Below, piece after piece: positions 40,630 to 48,500 of a stretch of 64,000 bases of DNA; position 1 is the stretch's first letter, and each line of letters starts with the position of its first letter. Below the pieces are notes generated by a model. That model did not search any database. It was not told the origin of the DNA and was given only the letters and a program-made list of their open reading frames with translations. Source of the DNA: Waddliaceae bacterium. GTDB taxonomy: Bacteria; Chlamydiota; Chlamydiia; Chlamydiales; SLFE01. The stretch lies in contig CAWAPJ010000008.1 of the NCBI GenBank assembly GCA_963783885.1, forward strand, positions 131,878 to 195,877, given 5' to 3'. A program made the position numbers and the translations under genes.

Positions 40630-41779
40630 TTATCAGCTTGGGCTCCAGATTGAAAAAACTTTTGGCTCCTTCAGCGGTTACATGGACGGTTTCGGAGAGG
40701 CCCATCACCATAAAGAGTTTAGGAAGCTGCAGCCAGGGGATTAGGTGAAATGTCATATTTTCCTGAATCGGAGTTTTTTCCCCTTGCTTGAAACTCAGGA
40801 TATGCCCCTCATCCCAGCTCGGGGCGAATGCGATGCCGATTGAATAGCCCGACCGTGTGATCTGCGTGGCGCCGATTGTATTGTCGGCGATAATGTCCCG
40901 GCTAATCGAGTCAATACTCTCGATGGGGACCCCGGGTTTCATCGCTTTTTTGCACTCGTTTAGCGCCCTCTTGACCATCTTTTCGGCTTCGAGTAATTCT
41001 TTTGGCGGATCCCCGATAAAAAGGGTGCGCATCATGGCGGTGTGATACCTTTTTTTGCATCCCGCCAGCTCGATGAAAACGCAGTCGCCCTTTTTTATGC
41101 TTCTTCCCTCCCACGTGGCATGGCCGATCAGAGTTCTTGGACCTGATGTTATGTAAGGTGCCACAGCGGGAAACTCGCCTCCCGAACTGTACATAGCGTG
41201 GTGGATAGCGGCCGAAATATCGTTTTCATTGACGCCGGCTTTGACCGCTTCTAGTCCTGCGAGCATAGACTTTTCCGTAATTTCGGCGATTTCCTCCATC
41301 AAACCGATTTCCTGTTCGGATTTGATAATCCTCCCCTTTTCTACAATACCTGTGCAGTCTTCAATCGTATATTCGTCTAGGCAATCCTTTATTTTTTCCT
41401 GAAAATGCATGGGAAGAAAAAAACATTGGGATTCAATGCCTAGAGTTTTTCCTTGAAAATTAAATTCTTTGAATGATTTTTTCGCCACTTCAAGAGGATC
41501 TTCGGTATCGAGATAGGGGCGGGTGAGGTCGATCCAGGTTCTTGTGATGACATTGGACTCCTCCAAAAGACGGGTCACCATCCAGGCGCGCTGAGAGGTA
41601 ATGATTAAAGACTGAAAAGTTCCGTAGCCGGTGGTGAAATATCCTGTTAAATAGGTGATGTTTGCCGGATCGCTCAGCATGACAGCGTCCAGATTTCTTT
41701 CAGCCATGCTGCGCCTGAGCGCTTCGACTCTTCGTTCATATTCCTGCGGTGTGAAGGTAAGATTTCTAAGACTGATCAT
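40622..41779 (-). CDS. doeA: Ectoine hydrolase DoeA/EutD-like (M24 creatinase fold)
   Basis: FTPQEYERRV, DPANITYLTGY, GHATW, IELAGCKKRYH, SGYSIGIAFAPSWDEG, NMTFHL; lacks the classical prolidase metal ligands; ATGA overlap with the DMT gene. Confidence 0.7.
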   Translation of the reverse strand: MISLRNLTFTPQEYERRVEALRRSMAERNLDAVMLSDPANITYLTGYFTTGYGTFQSLIITSQRAWMVTRLLEESNVITRTWIDLTRPYLDTEDPLEVAKKSFKEFNFQGKTLGIESQCFFLPMHFQEKIKDCLDEYTIEDCTGIVEKGRIIKSEQEIGLMEEIAEITEKSMLAGLEAVKAGVNENDISAAIHHAMYSSGGEFPAVAPYITSGPRTLIGHATWEGRSIKKGDCVFIELAGCKKRYHTAMMRTLFIGDPPKELLEAEKMVKRALNECKKAMKPGVPIESIDSISRDIIADNTIGATQITRSGYSIGIAFAPSWDEGHILSFKQGEKTPIQENMTFHLIPWLQLPKLFMVMGLSETVHVTAEGAKSFFNLEPKLIIK

Positions 41780-42648
41780 ATTTTGAGCCTTTTCCAAGAT
41801 CTTTTATATTCGTAAATAAGGGTAAATGAGCTTCCAATCACGACAAGCAAAGTGGAAACGATAAGGTAGAGAGAAAATTCCGCGCGGTTTCTCATCACAA
41901 GGAAAAGGATCGACCATATTGGGGTAAAATAAGAGAGAACGCCGAGCAAACGGACATTTCCCTTTTTGACGCCATAATCCCAAAGAGCAAAGGACGTTCC
42001 TGTAATGCAGCTTCCCAAAAATAACAAGAGTCCCCAGTGGCTCGGATTCATTGACACGGAGGATTCGAAAACGCGGTGGCAGATCAGCGATAAAATGGCG
42101 GCTATTCCGCAGCAAATTCCAATCGTATATGGGGGAGCATTTGGATGCCTTCTGGAAAAGATAATATAGCTGGTCCAGCTGAGAGCGGCAAAAATCGCAT
42201 AGCCATAGCCCATAAGGCTTTCATGAAAGAGTCCGCTTGTCTTTGGTTCGTTGAATATAAGAAAAAAAACTCCCGAAAATCCTAAAAGAGCGCCGGTGAT
42301 GTAACTTCCGGAAAATAGCGGCGTTGTTAGGCAGATGGTAAAAAGAGGCCAAAGATAGTAGATGAGGTCCACCTGGGCGGCAGGAGCCAGTTTAAAGGCT
42401 GTTGTATAGGCCGACACATTGCAAAAGAGGCTGAGGATTCCCACAGCCCAAACGCTAAACGGCTGATCGAGAATACTTCTCCACTGCTTCAGAAAAGTTG
42501 CCCAAATGCATGAGATGGCAAACCCTGCGGAAAAATTAAAAAAAAGCATTTGAAAGGTGGGTATTTCATAGAGCTCCACAGTTACTGTGGCCGTTAAGGA
42601 CCAAAAGATTAAAGCCAGTGCTCCGCATAAAGTTGGTGGTATTCGCAT
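41776..42648 (-). CDS. EamA/DMT family transporter (YddG-like)
   Basis: About 10 TM segments, LIYYLWP, ALWDYGVKKG, SYFTP. Confidence 0.85.
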   Translation of the reverse strand: MRIPPTLCGALALIFWSLTATVTVELYEIPTFQMLFFNFSAGFAISCIWATFLKQWRSILDQPFSVWAVGILSLFCNVSAYTTAFKLAPAAQVDLIYYLWPLFTICLTTPLFSGSYITGALLGFSGVFFLIFNEPKTSGLFHESLMGYGYAIFAALSWTSYIIFSRRHPNAPPYTIGICCGIAAILSLICHRVFESSVSMNPSHWGLLLFLGSCITGTSFALWDYGVKKGNVRLLGVLSYFTPIWSILFLVMRNRAEFSLYLIVSTLLVVIGSSFTLIYEYKRSWKRLKI

Positions 42649-42718
42649 ACTCTGTCACAATATTCCTATTTTAGCGATTTATGTCCATAATTAATCCTTT
42701 TTTGTAGATAATGGAGCC

Positions 42719-44902
42719 ATGAAAAGATTATTCGGTATTTTATTTTTTATTTTATCCCGAACGATTTACCGTGTCAGGGTTTTCGGAGAACACCATATCC
42801 CAAAAAAGGGTGCAGCGCTTCTTGCGGCAAACCGCCTCTCTTTGATTGACATGCTTTTTCTTGTTCAAAAAACCGGTCGCAAAGTTTATATTCTCATGCC
42901 CCGGCATCTTTGCAGAAAATGGTGGATGCGTCCTTTTGGCGAGCTTCTGAACGCTGTTCCCGTGACGACGACCGAACATCCCGCTGTTTTGCTCAAAGAG
43001 CTTCAGGCCGGGGCCGCCCTGCTTGACGAGGGAAAAGTCGTTTGCCTCTATCCTGAAGAGACCGAAGGGAATTCCGGCTTCATGCTTTCATTTCGGCGCA
43101 GCCTGGAGCTCATAATGAACGGGCGGAACTGTCCTGTCATTCCGCTTTATGTGGACAATTTATGGGGAGGTTTCTTTGACGAAAAGCTCGGACGGCTGGT
43201 CGCAAAAAAATTTCCCCATCCCGTGACCATCTCTTTTGGCAAGCCTGCCTGCGGTAGGATGTATCCTGCCGAAATTGTCGAAGAGATCCAGAAGCTGGGC
43301 TTTGAAGTTTGGATGAGGAGAAGGGCAGTTGCCAGGCCCGTTCACCATGGATTTGTCCACAATGCCCGCAGCAAAGCATTCAGAAAAATCATGGGAGATG
43401 AAACATCTCCGAAAGTTTCCTATCTGAAAACTCTAATCGGAAGCATTGCCCTTGCCCGCAAATTAAAATCCTATTGGAAGAATCAGGATTGTGTCGGCGT
43501 TCTTTTGCCTCAGTGCTGCGGTGCTGTTTTGGCTAACGCGGCAGTCACATTTTCCGGAAGAGCTGTCGTCAACTTGAATTTTTCGACAGGTTTTGACGGC
43601 ATCACGTCGGCCATCAAACAGGCGGATATCAAAACAGTGGTGACAAGCCGGCAGTTTCTGGCAAAAATGAACCTCGCCTTGCCCGACCATGTGAAAACAC
43701 TTTATCTTGAAGATATTAGGAAAACAATTGTTTCAAAAGACCGAATCATAGCTTTGCTTTTGGCACTTTCTGCCCCGATAAGACTCATAGAAAAAATGTG
43801 CGGCGCAAAACGGAAAATTACCGCAGAGGATACACTGACAGTTATTTTTACCAGTGGATCGACGGGCGAGCCGAAAGGTGTGGTTTTAAGCCACTTTAAT
43901 GTTGGCTCTAATGCCGATGCGATCTCACAAGTGATACTAACAGATGACGGCCGGCTCTCCGCCTTGGCCATACTGCCTTTTTTCCACGCTTTCGGCTACA
44001 TGCTTCTTTGGTTGGGGCTGAACTATGACCTGGCAATGATCTTACATCCCAACCCTCTCGATTACGCAAAAATCGGAGAACTTGTCGAACGGTGGAAAAT
44101 CAGTATAGTGATCAGCACGCCCACTTTTCTGAGGGGTTACATGAAGAAAATACCCGCCTCGAAATTTCGTTTCGTTCGCTGCGTTCTCACCGGAGCAGAA
44201 CGGATGCCGCGGATTTTGGCTAATGCTTTTCAGGAAAAATTTAATATTGTACCTATCGAAGGTTTTGGCACATCGGAGTGTAGTCCAGTTGTCTCGACGA
44301 ATATTTTGGATTGCCGCAGCAATAGCGGCTGCCCTTGCGGTTTTATGCCCGGAACGGTCGGACCTCCTCTTCCCGGAGTGCTCGTCAAAGCCGTCGATCC
44401 CGAAACTCTGGATGATCTTCCTTATGAAATTCCCGGTCTTGTTTTAGTTAAAGGACCCAATGTTATGAAAGGGTATTTAAACCGTGAAGATTTAACCTGC
44501 GAAGTGATGCACGAGGGATGGTATGTTACAGGGGACATCGGTTTTGTCGATCAGGACGGCTATCTGCACATTACTGATCGCTTATCGCGCTTCAGTAAAA
44601 TCGGTGGAGAAATGGTTCCTCATTGGCAGATTGAGGAAGCTCTTCACGAAGCAGCAGGTATCGAGCCGCAAGTCTTTGCCGTCACTTCCGCGCCCGATAG
44701 AAGAAAAGGGGAGAAGATCGTGGTTTTCCACACCTACGATCAAAAGCACATTCAAGATCTGATCAAAAAACTTTCCAATCAGGGGCTTCCGAACTTGTTT
44801 ATCCCTAAAAAAGATCAATTCCACGCCATTGACAAGCTCCCATTGCTCAGCAGCGGAAAGCTCGATCTTAGATCCCTAAAGAAAATGGCTAAAACCAAAT
44901 AA
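42719..44902 (+). CDS. aas: Aas-like bifunctional protein: degenerate PlsC-type domain plus acyl-ACP synthetase (AMP-binding)
   Basis: IFTSGSTGEPKGV, LPFFHAFG, EGFGTSE, WYVTGDIG, DRLSRFSKIGGEMV, SSGKLD; N-terminal acyltransferase-like domain with NRLSLID. Confidence 0.85.
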   Translation: MKRLFGILFFILSRTIYRVRVFGEHHIPKKGAALLAANRLSLIDMLFLVQKTGRKVYILMPRHLCRKWWMRPFGELLNAVPVTTTEHPAVLLKELQAGAALLDEGKVVCLYPEETEGNSGFMLSFRRSLELIMNGRNCPVIPLYVDNLWGGFFDEKLGRLVAKKFPHPVTISFGKPACGRMYPAEIVEEIQKLGFEVWMRRRAVARPVHHGFVHNARSKAFRKIMGDETSPKVSYLKTLIGSIALARKLKSYWKNQDCVGVLLPQCCGAVLANAAVTFSGRAVVNLNFSTGFDGITSAIKQADIKTVVTSRQFLAKMNLALPDHVKTLYLEDIRKTIVSKDRIIALLLALSAPIRLIEKMCGAKRKITAEDTLTVIFTSGSTGEPKGVVLSHFNVGSNADAISQVILTDDGRLSALAILPFFHAFGYMLLWLGLNYDLAMILHPNPLDYAKIGELVERWKISIVISTPTFLRGYMKKIPASKFRFVRCVLTGAERMPRILANAFQEKFNIVPIEGFGTSECSPVVSTNILDCRSNSGCPCGFMPGTVGPPLPGVLVKAVDPETLDDLPYEIPGLVLVKGPNVMKGYLNREDLTCEVMHEGWYVTGDIGFVDQDGYLHITDRLSRFSKIGGEMVPHWQIEEALHEAAGIEPQVFAVTSAPDRRKGEKIVVFHTYDQKHIQDLIKKLSNQGLPNLFIPKKDQFHAIDKLPLLSSGKLDLRSLKKMAKTK

Positions 44903-44908
44903 CAAAGC

Positions 44909-45544
44909 TTATTGGGCGTGATCGAGGATAGGTGTTTCTCTTGTAAGAAGATATTTTCCGAGGTAGACAAAGGGAGTGTCTAAAAGAGCAATGATCCATT
45001 TTACCAAGATTGATGAGGCCAGCATAATCGGCAGCGATTCCAACCCAAAGACAATGGCAATGAATAAAGTGCTATTGATTAGCTGACTGGAACAGGTCGA
45101 AAGATTGTTTCTGATCCAGAGGTGCTTATCGCCTGTGACGTTCTCCTTAATCCAGTGGAAAAAAGCGACATCCCAAAATTGGGCCGCAAGGTAAGCGATT
45201 GCCGATCCTACCAGAACTGTCCAGCCTCCTATATGAAAGGGGACAAGCTTTGAGGAATCACAGGGAAAGAGCATGCATATTTCGATAATCATGATAGCGA
45301 TGATTTGGCTGGCAAAGCCGATCCACACCGTTCGGTTGGCTTCTTTCTTCCCATAAATATCTGCAATTATGTCTGTAACAGGGAACGTCAAGAAAGCAAA
45401 AAAGAGATTTGAAGCGGGAAATTGAAGGCGCAGTGAAAAAATTTCGAGGGAAATTTTTATCTGACCTGTGATCACGCAAGTCGCCATACCGATTGCTGTC
45501 AGTACATTGAGCCACAAAAGGCTCTTATAGTCCTTTTCTGTCAT
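44909..45544 (-). CDS. yhhQ: Queuosine precursor transporter (VUT/YhhQ family)
   Basis: FPVTDIIADIYG, GSAIAYLAAQFWD, WIRNNLSTCSSQLIN, DTPFVY. Confidence 0.88.
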   Translation of the reverse strand: MTEKDYKSLLWLNVLTAIGMATCVITGQIKISLEIFSLRLQFPASNLFFAFLTFPVTDIIADIYGKKEANRTVWIGFASQIIAIMIIEICMLFPCDSSKLVPFHIGGWTVLVGSAIAYLAAQFWDVAFFHWIKENVTGDKHLWIRNNLSTCSSQLINSTLFIAIVFGLESLPIMLASSILVKWIIALLDTPFVYLGKYLLTRETPILDHAQ

Positions 45545-48500
45545 GAATTCGCTTCGCGCTGTTCATTTATTCTTTTTTTCATTTGCTTGATCAGCATTTC
45601 CTTTTTCTGCCAAATCTTCTTTTGCTGATTGAACTTGTCATTCACATTCTTGAGTTGGAAAGCTACTCTCTTCAGTTTTTCCCTCATCTCGTTTTTCTCT
45701 TCGCTTAACTCCTCGATCGTCTGTTTCATTGACGACTCTATATCATTGCGGGAGTCCGATAACGAGACAAGCTGGTCTGTGAGGGAGTTAATTTTGCCAT
45801 ACAACGTTTGTATTTTCTCCTCATAATTTTCAATTTGGCCGGTTTGATTTTGAGCCAGAGAGTTATTTAGGCTTTTCTGCTCTTCCAATTCGGTAATAAA
45901 ACGCTCGTGGTCGAGGGTGAGCCTGTTGATAGTTTTCACCATAGCGTTATTTTCACTCTCTTTTGCTGCCAGTTCTTCGCTTAGTTTTTGTACATCACCC
46001 TGATAATCGGCAATTTTGGTTTCATGCGATTTGCGCAGTTGTCTGAGCAATTTTTGCGTATTGGCCAGTTCATCTTCCATTTGAACCAATTGGGCCGATT
46101 TGATTTGGTCGTCTTCTTTGATATCTTCGAACAATTGGCGCAATTGCTGAAGTTCGGACCCCGAGGATACTAAAGCTTGCTGTTTTTCATCCAACGCTGA
46201 CATCAGTTGGTCATTCTTATTTTCGAGAGAAGTTATATCTGATTTAGTGCTTTCCAATGATTTTGCCAGCTCGCTTTGCTGATTCATGGCTTCATTTTTA
46301 AATTGTTCGTATTCTTTCTCGATTTGTTTTAAAGAAGCAATTTCATTGCTCATCTTCTGAATTGATTCGTCATAAGACGAAAAATTTTGCTGATTCTCTG
46401 ATAAGGTTTGTTCAAGAGAGGATAATTGAAAGCTTAAATCCTGTTTTTCGAGTTCCTGTTCTTGAATTTTTTTGTTTAGACCTAAAATAATCGCCTTAGT
46501 GTCTTCAATATTTTGCCTGAGTCTATTGTAGTCTTCATCAGTTGAAATGAGGGTTTTCTCCTTTTCACCGAGTTCGTTTTTAAGCAATGCCACTTCTTGA
46601 TTTAATTGCTGTTTTTCATTTTCCTGCTCACGGATTCTTTCGTTTAAGTTAGCAGAGATGGCTTTATTGTCTTCTATGATTTGGATCAGGCGGTTTTTTT
46701 CTTCCTCATTTACAGCACTGATTTGCTCGGTTTCCCTAAGAGAAGATTCAAGCTTGGCTAGCTGATCCGCCATGGCCTGCTTTTCGTTCCGGAGATCGAA
46801 GATTTTTTCGGAGAGGCTTGAAGCAAGGGTTTTATTGTCTTCGATGGTCTGCATCAGGCGGCTTTTTTCTTCATTGTTTGCGGCGATGCCTTGCTCATGC
46901 TGTTCGAGGGAGTTTTCGTAAGCGGCGATTTGGCCTGCCATGGCCTGCTTTTCGTCCTGGAGCTGAAGGATTTTCTCGGAGAGGTTGGAAGCAAGGGCTT
47001 TATTGTCTTCGATAATCTGCATCAGGCGAGCTTTCTCTTCATCATTTGCGGCGATGCCTTGCTCATGCTGCTCTAGGGAGTTTTCGTAAGCGGCGATTTG
47101 GCCTGCCATGGCCTGCTTTTCGTCCTGGAGCTGAAGGATTTTCTCGGAGAGGCTTGAAGCAAGGGCTTTATTGTCTTCGATGATCTGCATCAGGCGGCTT
47201 TTTTCTTCATTATTTGCGGCGATGCCTTGCTCATGCTGCTCTAGGGAGTTTTCGTAAGCGGCGATTTGGCCTGCCATGGCCTGCTTTTCGTCCTGGAGCT
47301 CAAGGATTTTCTCGGAGAGGCTTGAAGCAAGGGCTTTATTGTCTTCGATGATCTGCATCAGGCGGCTTTTTTCTTCATCGTTTGCGGCGATGCCTTGCTC
47401 ATGCTGCTCTAGGGAGTTTTCGTAAGCGGCGATTTGGCCTGCCATGGCCTGCTTTTCGTCCTGGAGCTGAAGGATTTTCTCGGAGAGGCTTGAAGCAAGG
47501 GCTTTATTGTCTTCGATGATCTGCATCAGGCGGCTTTTTTCTTCATTGTTTGCGGCGATGCCTTGCTCATGCTGCTCTAGGGAGTTTTCGTAAGCGGCGA
47601 TTTGGCCTGCCATGGCCTGCTTTTCGTCCTGGAGCTGAAGGATTTTCTCGGAGAGGCTTGAAGCAAGGGCTTTATTGTCTTCGATAATCTGCATCAGGCG
47701 GCTTTTTTCTTCATTGTTTGCGGCGATGCCTTGCTCATGCTGCTCGAGGGAGTTTTCGTAAGCGGCGATTTGGCCTGCCATGGCCTGTTTTTCGTCCTGG
47801 AGCTCAAAGATTTTTTCGGAGAGGCTTGAAGCGAGGGCTTTATTGTCTTCGATAATCTGCATCAGGCGAGCTTTCTCTTCATCATTTGCGGCGATGCCTT
47901 GCTCATGCTGCTCGAGGGAGTTTTCGTAAGCGGCGATTTGGCCTGCCATGGCCTGTTTTTCGTCCTGGAGCTCAAAGATTTTCTCGGAGAGGCTGGAAGC
48001 GAGGGCTTTATTGTCTTCGATGATTTGCATCAGGCGGCTTTTTTCTTCATCGTTTGCGGCGATGCCTTGCTCATGCTGCTCGAGGGAGTTTTCGTAAGCG
48101 GCGATTTGGCCTGCCATGGCCTGTTTTTCGTCCTGGAGCTCGAGGATTTTTTCGGAGAGGTTGGAAGCGATGGCTTTATTGTCTTCGATGATCTGCATCA
48201 GGCGGCTTTTTTCTTCATCGTTTGCGGCGATTCTCTGCTCGTGCTCTTCGAGGTCTGTCTGGAGCTCGGCAATTGCCTGCTGCTGCTCGCGGATTCTTTC
48301 GTTTAAACTCATTGTGATCGGCTTGCTGTCTTCGATAAAGTTTAACAGTCTATCCTGTTCGCTTTTGGCTGCGGCGAGTTCACGCTCTTTTTCATCGAGA
48401 TTTGTTTGGAGAAGGACTAGCTCATTACCCAGATTCTCATTTTCTTCTTCAAAAGTCTGAAACTGTTCATTTAGTTGAACGAGTGCAGCATCTTTGTCTG

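Noticed and set aside
46858-48201. Regular repeat array as possible CRISPR or diversity-generating retroelement
   Set aside because: The units are contiguous 168-bp in-frame coding repeats without unique spacers; no cas or reverse transcriptase gene is in the window
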